Source of the DNA: Azolla caroliniana
Lineage: Eukaryota; Plantae; Polypodiophyta
Direction: 5' to 3'
DNA length: 64,000 bases
Assembly (NCBI GenBank): GCA_043228905.1
Contig: JBHGNT010000005.1
Span: 16,306,001-16,370,000, forward strand
Part shown: piece after piece, positions 13,301-26,400 of the stretch
Position numbering within the stretch: the first letter of the stretch is position 1
How the letters are laid out: each line of letters begins with the position of its first letter
Translations under genes and position numbers: made by a program
Notes under the pieces: generated by a model
Told to the model about the DNA's origin: nothing
Seen by the model: only the letters and a program-made list of their open reading frames with translations
Database searches by the model: none

Positions 13301-16300
13301 GCCGAAGAAGAAGGAATAGGTGAAACCGGAACCGGCCAAGACCCCGAATCGGATTCGGATGAAGAACAAATAGAGGAGCCGGTTGCCGAAAGCCAAAGAC
13401 GGAGATATCCTCTCAGAGAGAGAAGGGCCCCCAAGAGATTTCCAGATAACATGTGCTGCTAACCGATGAGGGGAAGCCAGAAAGCTTCGAGGAAGCTAAA
13501 AGTGACGCCCATAGTCGCAAATGGTTAAGTGCCATGCAGGATGAGATGGATTCCCTACATGAGAACCATACGTACAAATTGGTGGAGTTGTCGAAAGGAA
13601 AGCGGGCACTCCGAAACAAGTGGGTGTACAAGTTGAAACCGGGAGATGCCGGCAACCCCCGAGATACAAAGCCAAGATCGTGGTGAAGGGGTTCCAGCAG
13701 AAGAAGGGCGTGGACTTCGACGAGATATTTGCCCCGGTAGTAAAGATGACTTCCATCCGGACGGTGCTGAGTATAGCGGCAAGCATGGACCTCGAGGTAG
13801 AGCAGCTGGACGTGAAGACGGCATTCCTTCACAGTGACCTTGAAGAGGAGATCTACATGTAGCAACCAGAAGGATTCGTGGAGAAAGGGAAGGAGCACCT
13901 GGTTTGCCGGTTAAAGAAGAGCCTGTACGGACTGAAGCAGGCTCCCCGACAATGGTACCGGAAGTTCGACTCCTTCATGATCGATCAAGGGTACCACAAG
14001 ACGCAGGCCGATCACTGCGTGTTTGTGAAGAAGTTCGAAGGAGGCGACTTCCTAATACTCCTTCTGTACGTGGACGACATGTTGATCGTCGAACAGGACC
14101 AAGCCAAAATACGGATGCTGAAGAAGGCTCTCAACCGAACTTTCGCAATGAAAGACTTGGGTCCGACAAGACAGATGCTGAGGATGTATATCATCCAGGA
14201 CCGGCAAAAGAAGCAATTGTGGTTGTCACAGGAGAAGTACGTGACAAAGGTGCTTCAGCGGTTCAACATGTCAGACGCGAAACCGGTCGGATCGACACTC
14301 CCGGCAAACTGCAGATTATCCGGTAAGCAAAGCCCAAAGACAAAAGCAGAGAAGGCAGATATGATGAAGGTTCCATATGCCTCTGCCGTCGGGAACTTGA
14401 TGTACGCAATGGTGTGTACTCGGCCAGATATTGGATACGCAGTCGGAGTGGTGAGCCGGTTTATGAGCAATCCTGGCAAGGAGCACTGGAACGCGGTCAA
14501 ATGGATACTCCGGAACTTGAAGGGCACTTCGAATATGTGTCTCCGATTCGGCTCTGGTAAACCTCAACTTGACAGTTTTACCGATTCGGACATGTCGGCT
14601 GATGTGGATACCAACCGGTCTACATCCGGGTATGTAATGACATATGTAGGGGGAGCTGTTTCGTGGCAGAAGACGGTTGCGTTGTCAACCATGGAGGCGG
14701 AGTACATGGCGGCTGTGGAAGCCAGCAAGGAAATATTATGGATGAAGGACTTCATCGGTGAGCTCGGTATACGGCAAGATGAATATCGGCTCTATTGCGA
14801 CAGTCAAAGTGCCATCCACCTTGCTAAGAACGCAGCGTACCATTCCAGGACGAAGCACATCCAACGTACGTTGTCGTGAAGATTTTCGTCCACAAGCGGA
14901 AACCCGAGCAACAAGAGCCAAAGAGCGATGTGCAACGTTGCACACGTACATAATGTATTTGTAATAGTAATAAAGGTATAAAGGTGATGTGGTTGTACGC
15001 ACATCCACGCGACAGAGAGAGAGAGAGAGAGGTACTATGCGGTACATAGGTACCTAGTTGTTTGTGAGGAGGTGGGAGTTAAGGGGCCATCAATCTCACC
15101 CTCCCCCAAATCAAGGCAAATATCCCCTTTGAATGAAAGGGGATATTTTAGTCTCACTTTTGTAAGCGGTCTTCCCTCCTTGTGCTATAAAAGGAGAGAG
15201 AAGGCACCATTGTGGGGGTTGCCTATTTTGAGTGTGCGAGGTATACCACATAGGTCGTGCGTTAGGGTTCGGTTAGGGTTTTCTTCTTGGGTTTTCCTTT
15301 AGGGTTTTCTTATAGTCGTTTGGTGCGGTCATGGCGGCCACCATTGTAAAGTGTTTATGTTTTCTTAATCGAACGTCTTGTTGAGTATCTTGATTGCATC
15401 TTCTTCTTCTATCATAATGTCATATTCGTTCTCTTCTCCTCTTGAGCTAATCTTTCTCCTCCACTCCCTAGTCCAAGACCCCCGTGGTCCTGCCCTTCTA
15501 CACGCACGCGCGTAATAACGCGACAACGTATCACTGGATCCAGGAGCGAGTAGAAGATCGAGAGTTCGCGCGGACGAAGATCCACACGGCCGAGAACGGG
15601 TCAGATATGCTGACCAAAGTACTGATACCCGACAAGCTAGATGCATGTTCTTAAGCGGATCAGACTAGTAAGACATCCCATGCCGGAGTGAAGGGGGAGT
15701 TTGTTAGGAAACAGGTCCCTCCAAATGGGAAGTGAGAAGAACAGTGTTGAGGAGCAACTCGGGGAGTACCCGGCAACGGAAGACCCGGTGAGAACCGGAT
15801 GACAAGTACCTAGCAAGGAAGACCCGGTGAGAACCAGATGTTGCAGGCCCGGTGAGAACCTCTCATCGGATGGAAGGGACATATATGTAAATATGTTCCA
15901 GAGAGCCCACTGGGGCTATATTTGTAAATAGCCCGAAAGTCATATTAGTATAAATATGACCTAGGGCAAACTTAATAAGTTGTATGCGATAATTCTGTGT
16001 GTAACTGCGTACAGAGAAGAGAGAGAGAGAGGAAGAGGTTGTTGCCTCTGTTGTAACCGCTTGGTGGTGAAGCGAGGGAGCAGGAGGTCGTTGCCTCTAT
16101 GCCCCATTGTTGTAATCTTGATATAGTGATATTTTTTGCAATCTGAGGGTTGTCGTTGTTTTTCCCATATTTGGGTTTTCCACGTTAACATCCAATGCAC
16201 TCTCTTCTTTACTGTTTCGTATGTAGATACATCTCTCCACATCCCTGTTTTCTGTGGTTGATCCGACGTCTCGGTTGTGTCCGAGCATAGCTTAGGAAAC

Positions 16301-16313
16301 CGTATTCCTATCA
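10368..16313 (+). mobile_element. Near full-length Ty1/copia element C with two LTRs (10368..10980 and 15702..16313), pseudogenised
   Basis: Highly similar LTR pair; PBS TGGTATCAGAGC at 10984..10995; gag from 11012, PR (VVDSGA), INT, RT, RH; PPT GAAGGGGGAG at about 15690..15699; several point stops. Confidence 0.95.
14872..15525 (+). mobile_element. Solo LTR of a Gypsy family inserted in the RNase H of copia C
   Basis: Termini TGTCGTG...CGCGACA; 4-bp TSD ACGT (14868..14871 and 15526..15529). Removing it restores HIQRTYHWI. Homologous to the LTRs at 30608..34527 and 43729..44818. Confidence 0.9.
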
Positions 16314-17960
16314 TTATCTGTAGGAACCGTGTTAAATCGCACGTTGTTCTCAAATTTTGGCGAAGCTTTACATTTCTGTCCAAAGGGGTTGAGACGGATT
16401 TACAATCCGCCATCCCGAACTTGAAGAGCATATTGAGCACATAATGATGTTGGCTGATCAATATGCCCTCGAGGGTTTGGATCACTTCAATCCCGAGGAA
16501 GTAATGAAGGTCACCTAGATCCTTCATTTCTAGTGCTGCCGAAAGTTGAGACTTTACTCGGCCGATTTCTCTGAGGTCGGCGTCGGCGATAACTAGATCA
16601 TCGACATATAGCAGAATGCTAATTGATCCGGTCCGACTTGCCGAATGAACAAGGAAGAGTCTGATTTTGACAGAGCAAACCCCATCTTACGCAGTCACTG
16701 CGTGATCTTTGCGTTTGTCACGGACGAGTATAATAGTGTAGAACCAAGACGAGACTAAGAACTAGGAGAGAGAAAAAGAACTTGACTTATGATTCTGTAA
16801 CTAGTGTTTTTCACCTTGATTAGAATCAAGGTGCACCTGAGTATTTATACAAGAAGGTAGAGGTATGTATGCTAGCTAGGAATAGAGAATGCATGAAGAT
16901 CCATGCAAGCTAGGAATAGAGAATGCATGTATGCAAGTTAGGAAAAGAGAATGCATGTAAGCAAGCAAGGAATGGAGAATGCATGAGAATGCATGCAAAC
17001 TAGGAACTTCCAGTGTTCAATGTACCATACATAAACTTGGATTTTAATAGCTTAGTTGGTAAGGTTGCCCAATCCAGTCCATGAGGTCGTGGTGTGGCAT
17101 ATGTTTTTGACAGCATTCCAGGCACGCGGGGCTTGCTTGAGTCCATACAACGACTTCTTCAATCGGTTTAAACTACCGATGTGTTCCATTCGGATAGAAA
17201 TTCAAAGGGTTGTACCATGTATACTTGTTCCTCAAGATCTCCTGTAGGAATGCGTTCTTTGCATCCATCTGATGTAAATGTCACCCCTTTGTCGCTGCTA
17301 CTACCAGCAATACACAAATAGTTGTCATCTTCATGACCAATGCGAAGGTTTTGTCGTAATTGACACCATATTTCTACGCATAGCGCTTGGCCACCAATCG
17401 GACCTTATATCGGTTGACCAAGCCGTCGGCGTTGTACTTGAACTTGTACACCCGACTACATCTGATCGACTTCACACCCTTGGGGGCGTCAACCAGGTCC
17501 CAAGTCTCGTTCTCTGATAATGCTCGCATCTCTTCCTCCATGGCTTTCGGCCAATTGGCGTTCTTTGCCGCTTCTACGTAGCTCTCCGACTCACGCACTT
17601 GTGCCACCTTCGCCATATACGCATACTGATGCACCATATAGTCATTATACCCGTACCAAACTACAAGGTTCTCCTGGCGGGTGGATTGGCGCAACTTTTG
17701 ATTCGGCTATTTCACAGCCCTTTCGGCCGATGTCAACCTCGTTTTGGATGTCCATCCTCGCTCCTAGCTACTTCAAAATCGCTCTGATCCAATGCACTAG
17801 CCTTTGTGTCATATTCTGACATCTTCATCTTCCCTTTTTCCTTACACATACGATGTCTCCTTGGCTTCTAGTGTGGGAACTGCACGGTCGTTCTCCACTA
17901 CTCATCGGCTCATCATTCGACTGGTCCTTCCAACTCAGTCCCTCATTCGGCCCACTTAAC
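16314..17960 (-). mobile_element. Degenerate Ty1/copia RT fragment (second copia family)
   Basis: MKDLGDLHYFLGIEV, LYVDDL, W.KAMEEEMRAL.ENETWDLV and RYKVRLVAK on -. Left end at LTR C; right end approximate. Confidence 0.85.
16716..17112. mobile_element. Short solo LTR (TGTCA...TGACA) with internal tandem repeats
   Basis: Flanks GCGTT / GCATT (5-bp TSD, one mismatch). Excision restores the host RT frame PRAWNAKITQ. Internal repeats of GCAAGCTAGGAATAGAGAATGCATG at about 16870..17005. Confidence 0.75.
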
Positions 17961-20425
17961 CAAAATGAAATAACGCAGAGATTAAGTAATATATTGATTA
18001 TTCCATTCTTCGATGGAATTTTTAAAACAAAGTATAGTTCTTTAGTTATTTCTTCATAATTGCAATTTAAGCCGTAAAAGATGAAAATTTCACATGCAGT
18101 TGTTCATTCTTTCAATTAATTTTGAGTAGAGTAAATCCTTTTTGGGGCAAACAAAATCCTGGTAACAAAGAGCTCACGATAAGTGCTTATTGATATTATA
18201 GGCAAGGGAGATTCAAGCCTCAAAACGTACAACATTTTCTTGTAAGAATATTCCATAGCAGTAGTATATGCTTAGCGCTTTTGTAGTTAAGATTGGATCC
18301 ATCTTGTAAGGTCTCAAAATGAATCATCAATGCTTTGATTCAAGTATCTGATTTGATAAATCTAATTAATATCTAACAAATTCACTGTATTTTAAATATT
18401 TAGATGGTTATCACAAAAAATCTTCGGCACGATTGTTAACAAGATGACTTCAACCAAATTTGTGATTCTTAACAAGATGACTAACCGAATTTTGAGGCTA
18501 ATAGTTTGAAGGGTGAACCAAATGGACACAAATATTTTTACTTAATGAATATCCAAACTAGCAAGAACTATATATATGTACTTGTTCTCATGGTTATGGA
18601 AAACTTTAGAAATTGCTCTCACGGATATGGATATGTAGAATGTTATCAATAGAATACACAATATCTTCTTCTTTGTGAATCAAAAGTGGGAAATTTTATT
18701 TCTTATTTCTCCATGTTTAACATGGAAGATTGTTTTATGTTCAAAAAGACATACGCAAAATGTGAAGGAGAAGTCAAGATGTGAAACAAGTCCTAGTATA
18801 CATCTTTGAGCAAACAAAACACGAATTTTGCTTTGATGGGGAATGTCGGACGATTGAAAGCCTTCTATATGTTTTTTATTCCATTTTTGGAGCAACATAT
18901 AATATTTTTATGGTTGAAAATGAAACATTAAAATTATATCTCATGATGAAAAGCTAGTATTCTAAACTAAAGTTTACCTTGCTTGGCTAATTAAGAACAC
19001 TACCTAAATTGTGTGATTTTCCTCCCATAGAAATCATTCCACAATCGACATATAGTAATGATGCAAGTTCACACAAATCAATTTGCCAATGATTAAACAG
19101 AAAGACGTCAATCATAGATGTTGTAGATGGCATCTTGACAAAGGCTGAATCCTCACATTAAACATAGTTAAGATTGAAATGCTTAGTGAGAATTGCCATC
19201 ATTTACCTCTCATAAAATGTGGTTTGCACATCTGATAGCAACCACCCTTTAATTTTAAAATTCCCTTTCATTTTCACATTTACTCAACCAGTCCTTGTCA
19301 TTGGGTTTTCCAGAGTGGACCACCAATATTACTTACTAAGAAGTGCTACGATTTTTTACTATTGACGATTCGGTATCGTTAATATTATCACCAATACTAT
19401 TATCTCTGAAACTCAATCTTGTCAATTAACCTAGCAAGGCCATGAATCAGTGAGAGCATCAATAAGCAACATGGATACCAGCTAGACAAGAAATTACTAT
19501 ATCTTTTCACATGAATACATAATCATTCTCACAAACCAAAAGGCAACATAAGGCAGCCAAGTCTTTCGATATACATCAGTATACTGATGGTCACCATATG
19601 AATTTCAAAGACTGCTTACAAAACGTATATAACAAGGGACGATGAATGGGGACAAAGGCTAGAAAAATAGCAGAAAACTAGAAAGAGAAAGAAACGTCAA
19701 AATTCCCATAGTGGATTAGTATGGATCACATTAGTACAGCGGGGAGGATGAGACCATATGGAACATTGAAAGGCACAAAAAAGCAACAAAACAAAAAAAA
19801 CGAGCAAAACACTTGCAATAGGAATCAGATATATTGTTGGATCGAAGGTACTGAAAGGCATAGGAAAATAACCAAATAGGTTAAACACAGTAAAAAAATA
19901 CAGTTAAAGACGAGCAAGGGGACTCCCAAGTAAAGAATGACCTTATGAGTTTGAGAATCTTTAATGAAATAAGTCTCAGTTATGATGAAGGCTACAATCT
20001 TGAGTCTCTACTATGTTGTTATGATCAATACTACCATCATGAGTCAAATGGGGGCAGACGATGGGACCTTGGAGCACGGAATGAGAAACAGAAGATTACA
20101 CGAAGGCAGAATGATGAGGCATCATGAATGATAAGATGGAAAGGATTTCATAACTGATCATTCTGAACTGTGTTTGACGCATCAGCTCTTGATAACATAA
20201 CTCTTCTCTTTGATAACAAAATACATGTCATCCGTACACACGTATGTAATCAGCCAAATAATGGTCATAAAACCGCAAAAAAGCAGTGGAAAGACAGACA
20301 AAGAGTATCAATCCCAGGCTTTGATAATGTTTCGACTAATTAACATAAGCACCCCATCAATGCAATCAGTCTCTCCAATGGTACATAAAATGAATGGAAT
20401 AACTTCGTACTACCAATGAAAAACT

Positions 20426-20448
20426 GTGTGTGTGTGTGTGTGTGTGTG
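20426..20448. repeat. (TG)n microsatellite just 3' of the PIG-T stop codon
   Basis: About 11 TG units, seen directly. Confidence 0.9.
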
Positions 20449-20487
20449 CACGTTGAAAAAATGTTTGCACCATGTATCCTTTGTATA

Positions 20488-23400
20488 CTAGCTTTTGGCC
20501 AAGATGTAATTTACAACCACAGCAATAACAGCAACAATAGTGAACTTGATTAGTTTTAAATGTCTAGAGGGAGATGTTCCTGGTTTTCTCCTAAGAATCT
20601 TGGATAGTAGCATCTCTAATCGGCTCACTTTGGTCCCTTCTGTAATTGCAGCACCCAAAAAACAGCATCAATACAATCACATTATGGACTCTTTCAATGA
20701 CCATGTATCTATCATAGAGATAAAGGTTAAACTGCCAAAGAAATTTTTTATCAAGGGACTTTTCAGTCCACCAATATGTATTACCTAACTAAATGTACAA
20801 TGACAAATAAGCTAAAGGAACTTAACAAACTAGAGTACACATTACCTTTATTATTCATGAGTCTCTCTTCTTCTCCAATTCGCCGACGTAAGATATTGAG
20901 AAGTGACCCAAAATACAATGCAAGGACAGTACACGTCAAAGTTATCACATTGTAGGGCATGCTGAAATCAGGAGTAGCTAGGGGAACCAGAAGGACTTCG
21001 GTATATGCCTGTACTGACTTTTCTCTCTGCAAAGAGATATAATCATATCAAATTTTGAATAAATTCAATGCTCCCATCAGCTTCCTTTATTTATTATAGT
21101 TATTTTATTTTCTTGTTTATGGGGGTGGGGAAAATATATACATGTGGCTCACTGGTATTTTTTCAATAATGCATAAGTATGTGCTTTCTCCAGTACATAA
21201 ATATAAAAGAGTATTTGACAGCTTCCTAATTGCCTGAAGCATTAGACTTAGAGACTGCAACAATCAAAGGTCACATATTCACTAAGACTTTTTTACCTGT
21301 GGTGTCTCTTGACTTTCAACGTTATTAGGGGTCATTACCAAAAGCCAGATATATTGGTTAAATCAGGACTTGAATGTTAGAAGAGGTCTAATTATAACGA
21401 TTGATGTACAAATGTGATATATGTGAGTGTGAATTTCAGATGAAGATGAAGTTGCAGGCTGAAATATTGACTTCCATCTCTATCCTGCACATAGGGAAGT
21501 TTGATGCCATTGGACCGATTTGTTCTCTATGTGCATCGCACCATGTATTCTTGAAGCTATGTTCTACACAGTGTTCCACCAGATTCGTATACCATGTCAT
21601 CTCAAAGAAGTGCATGTAAAGCATTCAAAGCGGAGATGGAAATGGTGAAAACAGAACAGAAGAAGAATCATGGTACTCACAGGTGATGAAGTGATTCAAC
21701 AACAATGGTCTCAGCATCAAGAAGTTGCCACCCTTCCAATATCTTTAACCTCTCTAGCGTATGAGTGAACAAAGGTATTGCGACACAACCTACGGAAACT
21801 CTACAGTTAAAAGACTTGCATCATATCGAAGGTGCATTGCCACAAAGATGGCCTACTACAAAGATCACTTCATGAGCTCCTCAAAGGATTGACTAATACA
21901 GAAACCGAGGTACATGACATCTACATGCCAAATAAAGCCCGCAAATCAATACCCCAACTCAGAAGAGTTCCCTCCCATAAACTAGAGATCACAGCATGAC
22001 AAACATTTCACATGCAAACAGCCCACAAATCAATCAACTCAAGAGTTTCCTCCCACAAGGTAGAGATCAAATTTGGACAAGTATTTCACAGGCATGGAGA
22101 CGAAAGACCTTGCAAGTTATATGCGGGAGCAGTGAAAGCGGGGAACATGTCATATGGGATGTTCTATCACCACCATTCATCCTATACATATTACTACATT
22201 TTCTCAAAAGCATAGAAAGTTATCCATATGCATATCCTTAGGATATTCATGAGGGACATACAGGGTATCTCAGGAAGTTTACTAATCTATTTACATTTAT
22301 TTTGAATTGCTTGTTCTCCAAGATGAGACAGCTATGAACATAATGGATGAGACCGGGAACAAGGATAAAAATAAATAAAACATCTCCTTATTATGAGATA
22401 AAGATGTCTTTCTTGCAAGAGCCTCCCAACCTTGTTTCACGTACCCATATAGTATCAAGAGTGCTCCATGTTTGTGATTGTAATCATAGAGTACATTGAT
22501 TGAAACTAAAGCCTTTGTATCATCTTTCTATGCCCCTTGCATGATTCTGCATTTGAATTCCATATCAAGGCTCATCTACTTGTTCTTTCTCATCATTTCA
22601 TTAACACAACATTGTGCAGCAATTCTCCATGGACAAATACTACCGTCTCAAAAACCACAATTATGCACGCAAACTAGTCTTGGATGGCTTTGATAGTCTA
22701 AATATATTTTTTCACCCTTGAGTGCCTTTCTCTTGGATAGAAAACCTATTTTCTTTTCTATCTATATCCATGAAACAAATGATCGAGGCTTTAACTCTAG
22801 AATTATCCTTTCCCACCCTCCATGTTGAGGCAAATGGAATATCTACTACCCTGATCTTTGTTCTGAGATTCTTGCAACCCAACCAACCACTCATGTATGT
22901 AATGTAGAAGGTTTCGTTTTGGCTTATAATGTAATGTTCATCATTATCCATCTTATCCACCAATGTTTCTTTTTAACTTTTTCACAACCTCTATCCAAGG
23001 AGTATTTGCTTTAATTTCTTTGTGAGCATGGTTGACTTGAGCTTTGGCATCTTTGACCATCTTTACTTATGTCTGCATTTCCTTATTTACATTGGCATTA
23101 ATTGTAGAGATACATTTTTCCAATGCTTCTTGTCCTTTTTGTAAATCAACATTAATAGCTACTAGCTCAAGCATTATTTGAAGATATTTTATCCTTTAGG
23201 TGTGGCATATTTCATCCTTAAGCTCTAAGCTCGATTTGTTTCAAATACTTGTCATGTCTTTTCTACTAACTCTAAGTTGAGCAAGGGATGCAACTCTATA
23301 AGAGATCTTCCTTCTTTTCTTCAACATCTAATGGAACTTGCATTTTGAGTGCCATGTGTACCCACCAAGCACTATTTGAGGTGCTCTCATCTCGTCCTTT

Positions 23401-26400
23401 TCTTCTATGGTATCTTCTTGGGATCTCCATTGATCTAAACCATCTTCATGGGTGTTCCGATCCATATCTTCATTCATTGTCCATTCATAATCCATGGTAT
23501 TTCATAGATAGGAAGGGAGTACAAGGATTAGGTTGGAGAACATACAAATTAAGCCAACCACAGTGATTCAGCCCACATTGCAGAAGACGCAAAGAACAAG
23601 AACTCAGATGTTAGGCACAAAATACAAAAAACGCAAAGGACTGAAACACAAAGATTAGGCAAACATTGCATAGAATGCAGAGATTAGGAAAACATTGCAT
23701 AGAATGCAGATATTAGGTAAACATTGCAAAGAGAGAGAAAGAAAGAAAGAAAGAGATATATTAACATCTTTTAAGAGGCCAAAATGGCCTACAAGACCAA
23801 ACAAGAGAGTACATCTTAAATATTGTCTCCTCTTTGAGACCAACAAATCAAAATAAAATAAATGTTACTAAGTAAACATAAAAGTAAATAAGATAAAAAG
23901 AGACTAAAGAATCTTGTTATTGGCACATGTAAGATTCCCAAGATAGATATATTTTGGTTTTTGCCTTTAAAAGATCTCTAACATTGGTTGATCCAGAATG
24001 GAGAGCTCTCCAAAGCTAGGGAAGCACCTGCAATGGCGGGAGATAATGGCCTTTATCTGTCAATGACAAGGGTGATGAGATCATGGTCTATGGGGTTGCA
24101 GCCTACGTGCATGACAAATTGCTATTGCCTGATCTATTGTAACCCCTATGTTATGTCCTTGTTAGGAGCCCATTTGTGCAGCCCTTGATTGACTTGCATT
24201 GACTTGTAGCATTAGTAGGAGCAATGGGGCTAAAGAAAATTGTGATCGTTCTTTATGGATGAGCTTGTGTGGTTGTACTGTTTTCCTTCAACAACTTTTC
24301 CCTATGTCTCTTGAGTTCTAGCAAAAAACATCCTAAGCACCATTTGTCCTCATATTCCATTACCTTGCGTAGTGGGCCAAACTCTTGTTTAAAGAGGCGA
24401 TGATATCTCTCTTATTTCATAAAAGACATTACAATGACAAACATAGTACACTCTTCGGATTCCACTCCCATATGACACAATTGGCAAATTCTTGCTTCTA
24501 GAGGTATTCGTGCATGTCTGCCAAGCTCAATCTCTAAGTGATGTGAAGTTCTAGAGACAGAGAGAGGGAGCCTGCATTCATCTTACCCATGGATCCTACA
24601 GCCTTCCATTTTTAAGAAGACACTCACACAATGAGCAAGACAACATGCAATCAAATTTTACAAATAGCAAGAAATCACAACAATAATTATTATGAAAACT
24701 CATACCTGGAATTCATGCAATAGGGGTGAATCTGCAATAGAATTATGATTCTTAGATATGCCATGCTGGTAGTACATCCTGGCACTACTTTGAGAAGAGA
24801 AATCTAAGAGTGCAGAAGGAAGATCAAATCCTCTATTCGCATCAGGTGGATGTTCATCAATCCGTAAAAATCCCTATATTGTAATGAGAATAGATCAGCA
24901 AAGCTTACTCTATGATCTGCAATACGTAATTACATAGTTTATTTGCAATAATGTACTAAAGAATGGCAAATATCATTGCATGCAAATTCTTAATTTACAA
25001 AGGAATGAACCATTCACAACTATTTTATAGAAGATGCCTTCAAACAAATATATGGGAGAAAATCCATTATGTCGTTTTATCTAGCTTCCCCTAAATAAAC
25101 AAATCACAAGTTATTCGATAACGAATTAGGATCGTAGATAGTGGTAGAAGGATAAACAATGCAGGACACAATCAGACACAAAGAGGTAAACATCCTAAAT
25201 TCAAATGATGTGGAAAGTTGGAGTACAATACCAATCGCTTCAAACACTCCACCATCTAGTGGGGTGGGTAGATTCTCGCTTTTCAAGATTAGAGAACAGC
25301 AGGCATGACTCCTCTTCCTTTCTATTAATTCTCTACGATCTTTTTGTTGCGCACTCCAATAAGTCAAATTGAGACCTTATTCACAGTTCTAATTCACCTA
25401 ATTCTCTGTTTAGTATAGCAATTTACTACAAAGAACTGTGCCTTAATACAACTCTGCACAAACTATGTTGTCAGTTATAATAATACCGTTTGCCTATCAA
25501 CACCATCGATATCCCAATGTGTTTTGGTGTTCTCCACTAGAAGAAGGTTCTCACATGAAAACAATTCAGAACTAGAGTATTGAATGACAGTAAAGATGGT
25601 ATTATTCTGATCAATCTATTGTTATGGTCAATGATTTACGGAGAAGATACTTATGGATAGCAGGTTATAAGTCATCTTGCAAAAATAGAAGTTTACACTA
25701 GTGTTCTGCATGAGAGAGAGAGAGAGAGACAAAGACAGAGATGGGAGAAAGAGAAAGAGAAACAAGTTGGAAAGAGAGAGAGAGAGAGACCTTATCAAAT
25801 TCCATTATGAGTGTGACGATGGTAGCATTGGAAGGTATGGCAAGCTCCATTTCCATAACTCCTGGTGATTTCCTGTCCTCAGAAGGAACCATGTGCATCC
25901 ATCTAACAACCTCCCTTAATGACATTGGTTCCTTATCAATGAAAACCTTCAGAGTGTGAAGGTACATGCGGATGTACCATGGGACAACTTGAAACAGCAC
26001 TACATTTTCTGTGTTCAATGACGCAGATTCAATCAAACCTCGATGGTCTGTTTTGAGCTTATTTGACTTCAAAACTAATGCAATCGCCCCTCTTGCATTG
26101 CCATTTCCAACTAGGAATCGAGTTGCACGAAAAGGACCTCTAGATGTCGTCCATGAGAAAGGAATTTTCCAGGTCAATCCTATGTGTCCAGAGGAAATAT
26201 CTTCATGATCAGGGATAGTGAAGACAAGCAAAATGCCCAACGATGCTTTCTCACTATCTCCTATTTCTAGCACGATATTATGAGGTATTCCATGTATAGT
26301 GAATACATTGTTATTCTTAAAATCTGAAAGTATCTTTGGGTTGTGAACCTTTTGTTGAGTTGTTATGCAGTCAAGCTGCTCTGAATCACTATCTAAGCCT

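Noticed and set aside
18000-20400. Short ORFs downstream of PIG-T
   Set aside because: AT-rich, no recognisable motifs or consistent splice structure.
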